Shown: one piece after another, positions 8,323 to 16,945 of the stretch
Position numbering within the stretch: position 1 is the stretch's first letter
How the letters are laid out: every line of letters begins with the position of its first letter
DNA from: Hadesarchaea archaeon
Lineage (GTDB): Archaea > Hadarchaeota > Hadarchaeia > Hadarchaeales > Hadarchaeaceae
Reading direction: 5' to 3'
NCBI GenBank assembly: GCA_029259175.1
Contig: JAPDJH010000015.1
Location: 1 to 64,000 of the forward strand
Length of the DNA: 64,000 nucleotides
Notes under the pieces: model-generated
Told to the model about the DNA's origin: nothing
Database searches by the model: none
The model's input: only the letters and a program-made list of their open reading frames with translations
Program-made: the position numbers and the translations under genes

Positions 8323-9678
8323 ATGCCCAAAAGTCCTACCCCGAGCACCCAGCTCTGGTGGCTGGGCCCCCTAGTGATCTTCATATGCATGCTGAGCGCA
8401 ATGCTGCTCGTCGGCACTTTAACCTCGGCTTTGGGAATGGGGGCCGCAGAAGGACGGCTACAGATCGTGATAGACGATAACGTGGAGCTCGAAGGGGGAG
8501 CCACCGGCGGATGGGATTGGACCATCGTCCGACTCGAAAACCTGCACTATTCGGGCCTCCACACACTCACCATCCGCTGGATCACTGTCGATCCCACATC
8601 TGGCACCCTTTACATCGACAACCTCTCCTTCAATGATACCACCGTGGAAGACTTCGAACAAGACCCGTCGAGCTCGCAGTGGCAGTATTCCGAGAACGAC
8701 CCCGAAAACGTCCTTGACCTTGCTTTGTGTTCCGATGCTGTCTCGGGCTCCGCTCTCTGGTGTTTCCAAGCCTTCAGCACTACAGCCCCTTATAGCAACG
8801 CCCAAATCAGCAAAGAATTCGACCTGACAGGCGTCGAAAACATCGCCGTGTGGACGCGTGGCTCATGGGACATGCGCGAGATCGCCGATGTCATCTCACA
8901 CGCCGTCACCTACTCGGTTGCTCTCCTCATCGCTTATCTCCACGTGACCCGCTTCGAACGTCGAAAACGCTTCTGGGAATCTGTTGGACTGCGTCGTGAG
9001 AATGCCCTCTGGAGCGTGGTGTGGGTCTTCGCTCTCTCCGTGATCTTCACAGCCCTACTCTATATTTACTGGCAGGCGATACAGCTCTTCACCGGCACCA
9101 ATCCCCAACAGGAAATCCAAGGATTTTTCTCCGGATCCGACGAGTGGTATTACGCATATCTCGGCTTCGCCTTCTTCTTTCCCGTCGCCTTCACTGAAGA
9201 AACCATTTTCCGTGGATTCATGATCGAACGCTTTCTAGTAAAGGGGCCAACAATTGCCATCGCGCTCAGTTCTTTGCTCTTTGCCTCCCTCCACCTCTGG
9301 TACGCCTCCTTCGGTTTAACCGCTCTCCCCTTGTACGGCGGACTCTTCCTGCTGGCGTTGTGGTGGGGCTTCGTGTATTACAAAACGCGCAATATCGTTG
9401 GACTCATCCTTTTCCACGGGCTATATAACTCCGGTTTGGTTGTAGAGCACTTCTGGTCGAGCTCGGCACGCGCGTTGCTGGAATCCGGAATATTCGTCTT
9501 CGGTGTGGCCTGCCTCGGATATCTCGCCTACCTGTACCTGCGCGGTCTGTTCACCGAAATCGAAGAGCTCGTCAAGCCTTGGGAGGAAAAACTCCAATCC
9601 AAAGGACTTGTCCAGCAAGTGGGTCACGGAATTTGGAAACGTGTGCGTCTCTCCCGTTGGATCAAGCAACTAAAGTAA
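8323..9678 (+). CDS. CPBP (Abi/CAAX-type) intramembrane metalloprotease with an extracytoplasmic beta-sandwich insert
   Basis: EETIFRG, FASLH and HGLYN motifs, multiple TM segments; likely start ATG 8323 after the upstream stop. Confidence 0.85.
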   Translation: MPKSPTPSTQLWWLGPLVIFICMLSAMLLVGTLTSALGMGAAEGRLQIVIDDNVELEGGATGGWDWTIVRLENLHYSGLHTLTIRWITVDPTSGTLYIDNLSFNDTTVEDFEQDPSSSQWQYSENDPENVLDLALCSDAVSGSALWCFQAFSTTAPYSNAQISKEFDLTGVENIAVWTRGSWDMREIADVISHAVTYSVALLIAYLHVTRFERRKRFWESVGLRRENALWSVVWVFALSVIFTALLYIYWQAIQLFTGTNPQQEIQGFFSGSDEWYYAYLGFAFFFPVAFTEETIFRGFMIERFLVKGPTIAIALSSLLFASLHLWYASFGLTALPLYGGLFLLALWWGFVYYKTRNIVGLILFHGLYNSGLVVEHFWSSSARALLESGIFVFGVACLGYLAYLYLRGLFTEIEELVKPWEEKLQSKGLVQQVGHGIWKRVRLSRWIKQLK

Positions 9679-9679
9679 T

Positions 9680-10792
9680 CTATGGAATTATCTCACAGCC
9701 GTTAAACTCCAAAAACTGGAAATCTTCATATTTGACTACACCACTCTTGATAAGTCCTCTTATCTGCGGAAGTGTACGTCTTAGTGAGTTTACAAGATTC
9801 TCCACAGTCTTGCACACCAAGCGATACGAGCTCCAACTCCAGCGCTTGAGAACATTAGCATAAAGACATCGTCCGCCACACCAACGATAGATATGACAAT
9901 CGTGACACCGATCACCAACAAATACTTCGGGAAGACCAATCGGGCTAGAGTTCCTGATATCTCCTAAATAGAACTCCCGCATCCCCCACATGCTCGGGCA
10001 GGGAATTATCCGTCCATCTGTCTGAATCGCATAATTGGCCCACCCAGCTCCACACCTGAGTTTGCTCGGCTTGCCTTCCAACAACGACTTGGCAATCCCT
10101 AAAAACGGGTAGATGCGCAGAACTTTTCCTTTCTTCATCTGGTCTACCCAAAACCGAACGAGCCTTCTAATCCCTGGATTGTAGCTGTCCTCAACCCATC
10201 GCTCAAAATCACGGCGCTCGAAATCGTTCCAGAACCCAGCGTTGAGCTGCCAGTGAACGGACGGAAAGCTGAACTCGTCGTTGTCGAGCAACCAGCGCAC
10301 CTCTTCATATATGTCCACGGGCTCCATCACAGTCATTCGCGCAATCAGCTCTCCCCCGAATCCCTGCTTCACAACGTGCCGAACGTTCATTATCACTTTC
10401 TTGAAAGTGCCCGCACCCCGGAAAAAATCGGTGGTGCTCTCGCGACCATCCACCGAAACCGCGATCGTGTGCAATCGCCTAATGTAGTTGGCATCCAGTT
10501 CGTGAAGCAGGGTTCCGTTGGTTTGGATCAGAAAGCGTTTGGCTGGGACGCGATCCATTATCTGTTTGATTCTATCGATCTGCAGGAGTGGTTCCCCCCC
10601 ATAAAATATCAACGAACAATCAGGATCCAGCGAGCAAAACCGTGCCAGATCATTCACATCATACGAGATCTCGGATGGCAAATCATAATCAAACGATACG
10701 CCCACATCAACACCGATATCGCGCACAGCTTCCTCATAACAATACTTGCACCGCAGATTGCAGTCGGTGGTGATGATCAAGTGAAAGAACAT
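9680..10792 (-). CDS. Radical SAM/SPASM protein, AF0577 (TIGR04084)-like putative peptide-modifying enzyme
   Basis: CNLRCKYC, FYGGEPLL, QTNG, SPASM cysteines CGAG...IPCP...CHDC..RWCGGRC. Confidence 0.85.
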   Translation of the reverse strand: MFFHLIITTDCNLRCKYCYEEAVRDIGVDVGVSFDYDLPSEISYDVNDLARFCSLDPDCSLIFYGGEPLLQIDRIKQIMDRVPAKRFLIQTNGTLLHELDANYIRRLHTIAVSVDGRESTTDFFRGAGTFKKVIMNVRHVVKQGFGGELIARMTVMEPVDIYEEVRWLLDNDEFSFPSVHWQLNAGFWNDFERRDFERWVEDSYNPGIRRLVRFWVDQMKKGKVLRIYPFLGIAKSLLEGKPSKLRCGAGWANYAIQTDGRIIPCPSMWGMREFYLGDIRNSSPIGLPEVFVGDRCHDCHIYRWCGGRCLYANVLKRWSWSSYRLVCKTVENLVNSLRRTLPQIRGLIKSGVVKYEDFQFLEFNGCEIIP

Positions 10793-13700
10793 TCATCCAC
10801 CTCGCGCCGTCTTTTTTTGTTCCTGAGCTTTTCTGCCAGCGGAAAGAGCAACTCATAGTATTCGTCAATAATCGTGCTTCTCCTGACGCTCGGGGCGGCT
10901 ATCTGGATCGGCTTCACCTTTCTCCGCATCCCAATCGAGCGACGCGTCACGAAATAGAGTGCCGCTACGCCGGATCCCATTCCGAACATGACCAAAACCG
11001 GCACGCCGCCGTCCGGGACAGAAGAGACCAGCTCCACCCGTTTCGAATCCAGCACCGCACCGGCCAGATCACTCAGAACCACCTCCGTCTCCCCCTGAAT
11101 CGTTTCCGGAAGGGGGAGGTAGATGCATCTCACCGAGTTTTCACCGGGCGCTGCTACAACCGAAAAGGAAACTTCAGCGTCCCCTACTTTCAGAACCAGC
11201 GTTCGCTCCACCGGGTGGTCTGAAGGATTCTGGACCAACACATCCAGACCGACGAAGCCATCTCGGATTTCGAGCGGCCCCCGGAGCAACAATGTGAACG
11301 ACGGAGCTGGAGCCGCAATGCCGATCGCGAACCGCGAAAAGGAGTGAACCGACGCCCGGTATCGGACCCGCTCGCGGTCCTGCCCAATGATTTCGGTCGG
11401 CAGCTCGATCACGTTGTTATCTCCGAGTTCGAAAAGATGTACATCTTCCGGATAACCACGCGCCTCGATCCACTCGCGCACAACCGTGAACTCGAGGCTT
11501 CCACCAGAATGCGTGATCCCAGAACCCAAAATTTCGAACACAGCATATGCCTCCAGCTCCGGGACACACCCGGCATTTTCCTCACCCACAAGCACCACCG
11601 AGCCTTGCCCGTCCACGGCGTCAATCATCAAAACCATTTTAGTGACCGCGTGATTAGAAAACTGGAGCTCGGCTTCGCCCATTGCTGTGACCAACTCCAC
11701 ATTGGGCAGGTCAACTGTAAAAGCCTCAAGCGCTACGGCAGAGTTCCCATGAACATCGCTTGCCGAAACCACCAATGAGTGGGGTCCCTCCGAGAGGTCA
11801 GAGAGCTCAGCAATCAGATGATCACCGGCCCATTCGAACCCGATCGGAGTGTTGTCGAGCATAACAACTATCGAATCCACGTCGATTTCGGAGTTGTCCT
11901 CTATCGTAACTTCAAGCGAAAACCGCATCGAACACAAGGTTTCGGGCAGATGGAACTCGAGTAGCGGAGATTCTGAATCCGAAACCGACGAGACTTCCAC
12001 GCCCGAGTTCGTGTCTCCAACGGATTGACTAGTTTCTGATTTCAAACTGAAGGACGCTAACACCCAATCAGACCATTCGAGCCCGTCGAATACGGACACG
12101 CCCGCGTAGTACACAACACCTCGGGAGAGATCCGGTCCTTGGTAACGGAGCGAGTTATCAAATCCTGATCCCTCATAAAACCACACGTCATCAGTCCCTG
12201 CCGAGGTCCCTACCTTCACCCGATATTTCATTTGCCGATCGTTATCGGCATCAGAATAGCTCCAGCTGAAAACGGGTTCTTGCGTTTCAAGCCCCGCGGG
12301 ATTGCTTTTGCCGTTCACCAAGAGTTCGCACACTTGAGGGAGCTGGTTTACGATGAAGGAAGCCCGCGTCCAACGCTCGGCGTTGTCGGCGTTCTGCCAC
12401 TCCAACTGTGAATCTCGAACAACCACGCGAACATAATAGGTTTGCCCGCGGATCAGTTCCAGTCCATCATAGATTTTTTCGTGCGTGGTGTGTCCCTCTC
12501 CGCTCCAATCCCACAGATCGTTGTTGTCCGGCGTGCTCCCGACCTGTATCCTGACACCAAGCTGCGAATCGTTTGGGTTATTATCGTGGAAAGACCAAGC
12601 AAAAGTCGGAGTGAGACCGACCTTAGCTGGCAAGAGCCTATTATCTGCTTTCAGCTCGGCGGCAATGGGGAGAATGTTAAACCGGAAAGTCTGGCTCCGA
12701 ACCTCCCAGAGCGGCCGATCTGCGTTATCAAAGACCGAAAGAGCCTTGTATCCTGATTCGATTTTTGCCGAGTGCGGCACGACGATAGTTCCGGATCCGT
12801 TCGAAATTGTCCCTCTTATCTCTGCGTTCTCTGGGAGGTAAACGGTACCATTCGCAGCACCGCCGTCGGATGCCCACTCTCCATCGAAAATCACTATCGT
12901 TCTGTCTTCTTCTCTATCCACTACATAATTGAGCAACCTCAGGTTGTCCCCTTCGACTTGGTAGGTGACGACCTGGGAAACACCATCGAGTACACCATCT
13001 CTAGCCCACGCGCAGATGCGTCCCTTATCTCCGCGACGCAAACGGACTGGCGAGACAAGCCCGTAGTCTTTGGAAAAAGAGTTGTCACCGAAATCCGCGA
13101 CGATCTCTCCTTGGTTGTTATCGGCGATCACTACATTGTTGAGGCTCGTAAGCTGGTTTTCATAAATCCTGAACGCGCTCCCGCTCACCTCGAGCTGCCA
13201 GATCGGAGTGTTGTCTGCGACGGATAGATCGACCCTCAAATCGTTCACGACGAACAGATCCGCACCCATCCCGTCGAAGTTCTCGTTATCAGTCGTCCCA
13301 TAATTGTCGGAAACCCACACCTGCACATCAAACAGACCCAGGGCCGCATCTGGAAGAGAGTCTGCCGGATCGTAGAGGTAATAGAACACCCGTGTGTTTT
13401 CATCCACTTCCGCGTAGTCTGAAAAGGCCACATTTTCCAATACTGGACGATTCCTCGCGTCTCGAATCCATATACGAACATTTTCGGGAGATAGAGTCGC
13501 GGCCCCGCCGCTGTCTTTCACCGTGACCGAAATCAGAGTAGCACCTGCTGCCCCTGAGGAATCAACTCTTCTGTCCACTACCTTGTTGTCACAGGCTATC
13601 GAAAGGATTTCAGGAGGAAAGCGCTCCAAACGAAAAGTCACGGAGGAATTTTCACCAAATTCTCTTATTGCTGTGACCTTCCAGAACAGGTCCCCCTCGG

Positions 13701-14853
13701 GAGGCGAAAGACTGAAAGAAGTTGAACCAACAACAAGATTCTCCACAACACTGGTGAAGGAGGGATCTCGTGCGATCGTCAACCTGTAATTGTCTGCACC
13801 TGCATCAGACCACGTGAACCGAACGGTTGGAGAATTGCAGATTGAGTTGTTTTCAGGCTCCAGCAAAAAGGGAGCTCCGCTAATATATACGGTTCCTTCG
13901 CTTCCGGGAGCACCCTTGGCCGAAGCACGCGAAGTGTTTCCGCTAGAACCGCCAGAAACATCGAGCGAGCCAGAAATGTCGAGCTGACCAGAAAATATTT
14001 TTATTCTGCCCCCGCCTCCTCCTCCACCAGAACCAGCGTATTGCCCAGCCGCAACCGAGCCGCCAGCCCCTCCCTTCGCACTGATGGCGCCCGAAATGTG
14101 TACCTCCTTTCCCTCAATCAATACTCCTCCTCCCGATCCACCTCCACCAGCGCAATACTCCAGTGGCGGACTCTTGCCCCCTGCCGCACCATCTGCGCTA
14201 ACCGTTCCATTAATGGTTAAATTTTCACTGGCGATCAGAACTATTTTTCCTCCCCCTCTTCCTCCAAGTGCCGAGTAGCCACTCCCGGCCAGGGTGGGAT
14301 CTGCAGAATCACCTCCTTGGCCTCCCGAACCACCATATCCTCCGCCCCCACCACCCCCAACATAGCGCACACCAGACTGACTCGAACTCCCTCCGCCCGA
14401 ACCCATCTCCACCTCGTGAGAAGAAAGAGAACCATAGGAGGATCCGCCACCGCCTCCGCCCCCTAACCCAGACACACTTTCTCCTGCTCCGGGACCGGAG
14501 GAACTAGAATAGCCCGCACCGCTCGCGCTTAGTGTTCCTTCAATCACTATGTTTTCGGCATGGATTTCTACCCATCCGTAATTCGTCCCATCGTACGCTG
14601 CAACCGTGACCGTGACCCCCGCCGCGATCTTGAACAGCCGGATGTTGTAGTGATTGCCAGCGATGGTCGTGTTTGACGTGATTATCCAGTCCTGCCCGCC
14701 GTGGTCGCCTCCATCCAGATAGGTCCAAGCACTAGCACTCGGAAGCGTCCAAAACTGCACAATCACTAAAAACAGCACGCCGCACCATATCGGCCTTGCA
14801 CCTCTAGCCTCGGATCTGCCTCCCATGAGCCCGCCTCGGAAGATTTTCCTCAT
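10777..14853 (-). CDS. 1358-aa exported surface protein: signal peptide, Gly-rich domain, Fn3-like repeats, PGF-pre-PGF-like domain, C-terminal TM anchor
   Basis: Signal ending PSASA/WTY; GGGGGGG runs; two PxFxWS...Q..Y.V.VG...D.W repeats; WIEARG...ELPTE...YRASVHSFSRFAIG; TM VPVLVMFGMGSGVAALYFV followed by RR. Start may be Met10 (14826). Confidence 0.85.
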   Translation of the reverse strand: MRKIFRGGLMGGRSEARGARPIWCGVLFLVIVQFWTLPSASAWTYLDGGDHGGQDWIITSNTTIAGNHYNIRLFKIAAGVTVTVAAYDGTNYGWVEIHAENIVIEGTLSASGAGYSSSSGPGAGESVSGLGGGGGGGSSYGSLSSHEVEMGSGGGSSSQSGVRYVGGGGGGGYGGSGGQGGDSADPTLAGSGYSALGGRGGGKIVLIASENLTINGTVSADGAAGGKSPPLEYCAGGGGSGGGVLIEGKEVHISGAISAKGGAGGSVAAGQYAGSGGGGGGGRIKIFSGQLDISGSLDVSGGSSGNTSRASAKGAPGSEGTVYISGAPFLLEPENNSICNSPTVRFTWSDAGADNYRLTIARDPSFTSVVENLVVGSTSFSLSPPEGDLFWKVTAIREFGENSSVTFRLERFPPEILSIACDNKVVDRRVDSSGAAGATLISVTVKDSGGAATLSPENVRIWIRDARNRPVLENVAFSDYAEVDENTRVFYYLYDPADSLPDAALGLFDVQVWVSDNYGTTDNENFDGMGADLFVVNDLRVDLSVADNTPIWQLEVSGSAFRIYENQLTSLNNVVIADNNQGEIVADFGDNSFSKDYGLVSPVRLRRGDKGRICAWARDGVLDGVSQVVTYQVEGDNLRLLNYVVDREEDRTIVIFDGEWASDGGAANGTVYLPENAEIRGTISNGSGTIVVPHSAKIESGYKALSVFDNADRPLWEVRSQTFRFNILPIAAELKADNRLLPAKVGLTPTFAWSFHDNNPNDSQLGVRIQVGSTPDNNDLWDWSGEGHTTHEKIYDGLELIRGQTYYVRVVVRDSQLEWQNADNAERWTRASFIVNQLPQVCELLVNGKSNPAGLETQEPVFSWSYSDADNDRQMKYRVKVGTSAGTDDVWFYEGSGFDNSLRYQGPDLSRGVVYYAGVSVFDGLEWSDWVLASFSLKSETSQSVGDTNSGVEVSSVSDSESPLLEFHLPETLCSMRFSLEVTIEDNSEIDVDSIVVMLDNTPIGFEWAGDHLIAELSDLSEGPHSLVVSASDVHGNSAVALEAFTVDLPNVELVTAMGEAELQFSNHAVTKMVLMIDAVDGQGSVVLVGEENAGCVPELEAYAVFEILGSGITHSGGSLEFTVVREWIEARGYPEDVHLFELGDNNVIELPTEIIGQDRERVRYRASVHSFSRFAIGIAAPAPSFTLLLRGPLEIRDGFVGLDVLVQNPSDHPVERTLVLKVGDAEVSFSVVAAPGENSVRCIYLPLPETIQGETEVVLSDLAGAVLDSKRVELVSSVPDGGVPVLVMFGMGSGVAALYFVTRRSIGMRRKVKPIQIAAPSVRRSTIIDEYYELLFPLAEKLRNKKRRREVDECSFT

Positions 14854-14896
14854 CGGCCAGCCCGATGAGACTAGAAAATTTTTAGTCCACCCCTAT

Positions 14897-15901
14897 TTAA
14901 ACCGTTTTGCTCTTCCACTTCCGAGGATAAGTCCCGGGCCGCATGACCACTCGCTCGGGTCTAGCCACTATCCCGTGTTCAGCCTCTAGCATTTGTTCCG
15001 AAGTCATTTGTGCTCTCGCCAACTCGATGAGTTCCCCTTTCAGCGTGAGCACTGCGATCAAATCTCCTCTTCTGATATCTGAACTCAGTTCCAGTACTCC
15101 GGGCGCCGCCAGCTCAGCCCCGTGACATAGTGCATCGACAGCACCGTCTCGCACAACGACTTTGGGCAGGTGCCGAACAGCCACCTCGATGGGGAGAATG
15201 ACACGTCTAAGGGGTTCTTCGCGTCCGTTTTCTTTCCAAGCCGCATAAGCGTCGGCCAAATCTTGAAGCTTTACACAATTTTCCTCAGAGAAAGGCCCCG
15301 TCCGAGTTCGGCGGAGTTCTTGCATGTGTGCGCCCACTCCTAGTGCTTCTCCAACATCGTGGCACAGTTTGCGCATGTAAGTGCCCGCTTCGCACCCCAC
15401 CCGCACCAAGACATTCCGACCTTCCCGTTCAAGCAGCTCGATGTAGTAAATATTTCTAATACGCAGTTTGCGTCTTACAGCTGCCCTCACCGGCGGGCGC
15501 TGATAAATCTCTCCAGTAAACTCTTTCAACACCTCTCTCAGCCGCTCCTCTCCCACATCCCCGTGAAGCTTCATCACACATACATACTCTTTCCCGGCCG
15601 GAAGCAGAACCTGAATTGCTTTCGTGGCGTCTTCCAGAGCCACCGGCAGAACCCCGCTAACCGCCGGATCCAAGGTGCCCCCGTGTCCCGCCTTCCGCAC
15701 TTGGAGGATTCGTTTTACCCAAGACACTATCTCATGTGAAGTGGGGCCCCGAGGTTTGTCCAGATTGATTACTCCAAGCCTCATCAACTCGTGAATATCG
15801 CGTTCCTCCGGTTTGCATCCATACCGCGAATCGGTCACATCAGACGCTTTAACTAACCGCTTCCGTTTTTTGTCGGACGGTAAGAAACCCAACCAAAACA
15901 C
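14897..15901 (-). CDS. cbf5: H/ACA RNA-guided pseudouridine synthase Cbf5
   Basis: LDKPRGPTSHE, GHGGTLDP, GTYMRKLCHD, C-terminal PUA domain. Confidence 0.97.
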   Translation of the reverse strand: MFWLGFLPSDKKRKRLVKASDVTDSRYGCKPEERDIHELMRLGVINLDKPRGPTSHEIVSWVKRILQVRKAGHGGTLDPAVSGVLPVALEDATKAIQVLLPAGKEYVCVMKLHGDVGEERLREVLKEFTGEIYQRPPVRAAVRRKLRIRNIYYIELLEREGRNVLVRVGCEAGTYMRKLCHDVGEALGVGAHMQELRRTRTGPFSEENCVKLQDLADAYAAWKENGREEPLRRVILPIEVAVRHLPKVVVRDGAVDALCHGAELAAPGVLELSSDIRRGDLIAVLTLKGELIELARAQMTSEQMLEAEHGIVARPERVVMRPGTYPRKWKSKTV

Positions 15902-15903
15902 CT

Positions 15904-16143
15904 TTAGTGTAGCCCTGCGCTCTCCATCGCTTGCTTGACCGTTGCGTCGTCAGCGCCTTTGGGGATATCCAACTTTTTGTCGGTGGGCTCCAAATGAGCA
16001 ATGTTGCATCTCCGTCTCCTCACCTTTGGACCCACAACCAACACAAAGTTCTGATCCAACACATCCACGACTACGCAGTACTCCCCTGCCTCCCGCCCAG
16101 CCGTCTTTACACACACCCTTCCAACTTCCAGCACCTCGTTCAC
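15904..16143 (-). CDS. rpl14e: 50S ribosomal protein eL14
   Basis: EVGRVCVKTAGREAG...VRRRRCNIAHLEPT. Confidence 0.95.
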   Translation of the reverse strand: MNEVLEVGRVCVKTAGREAGEYCVVVDVLDQNFVLVVGPKVRRRRCNIAHLEPTDKKLDIPKGADDATVKQAMESAGLH

Positions 16144-16673
16144 CTCCGCTTGACCTTTGTCGAAACCACCGTCTCAAGAATCTTCTTCATTTCCTTAATC
16201 GAGAATTTTTCAGTATTTAAAACTATATCGAACGGAGAGTAATCATTAGTATCTATTCGGTAGAAGCGCTTGAACCTCTTGGCTTCGCTTTTCTCACGAT
16301 ATCGCGTCTCTCTCATGACCTCCCGATACGACCGCCCCTCTCTTCTCGCGATCCGCTGAACCCGCACACGCAGGGGGGCTGTGAGCAAAATCTTCAAGTC
16401 GGCGTTTTTAGCCATCCACCCAGCAAGTTTTGCATCTATCAACACATTGTCGCCTTTGGCTTCCCGAACAGTCCGCTTGTCGATCATCAAATCGATTTCA
16501 GGATGACGCTCAGCATATTTGGAAAATTCTTCCAAGCTCATGCCTCGCTCAGCAGCCATCTTCCGAAAAACATCGCCGGCGCACACGTAACGCAGGCCAA
16601 ACTTCTTTGCTAGATATTTGGCCACCGTAGTTTTGCCGGCTCCGTGCAATCCGCTGATGGCGATGACCACCAT
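16140..16673 (-). CDS. cmk: Cytidylate kinase (archaeal)
   Basis: IAISGLHGAGKTT P-loop, AGDVFRKMA; true start ATG 16673; conserved position between eL34 and eL14. Confidence 0.93.
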   Translation of the reverse strand: MVVIAISGLHGAGKTTVAKYLAKKFGLRYVCAGDVFRKMAAERGMSLEEFSKYAERHPEIDLMIDKRTVREAKGDNVLIDAKLAGWMAKNADLKILLTAPLRVRVQRIARREGRSYREVMRETRYREKSEAKRFKRFYRIDTNDYSPFDIVLNTEKFSIKEMKKILETVVSTKVKRR

Positions 16674-16675
16674 CC

Positions 16676-16945
16676 CTATCCGGCCCGCACCTTCGCTTTT
16701 ATAACATTTCGCGCGCAAGATGGGCAAAGATTTCCACCATAAGGCCGGTTGGGACGGCGCGAGCTCCGGGCCAACGCTCTCAGCTTTGCCGGTCTCACAC
16801 GTGGTACACCACTGAGCGGACGACCACACATCCAGCACACCGGCGGCTTGGTCTTCTTCTGCCGATAGTGAACAACCGACCTGCCACCCGGTGTTCGCAC
16901 CCATACTCGTCTTACACCTTTCGTCCTCTGACTAGGTCGAGGCAC
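16676..16945 (-). CDS. rpl34e: 50S ribosomal protein eL34
   Basis: VRTPGG, CxxCG..L.GV, RPYGG.LCxxC. Confidence 0.96.
   Translation of the reverse strand: MPRPSQRTKGVRRVWVRTPGGRSVVHYRQKKTKPPVCWMCGRPLSGVPRVRPAKLRALARSSRRPNRPYGGNLCPSCARNVIKAKVRAG

Noticed and set aside
16674-16904. N-terminal extension of cmk
   Set aside because: It overlaps eL34 in another frame. The kinase starts at ATG 16673.
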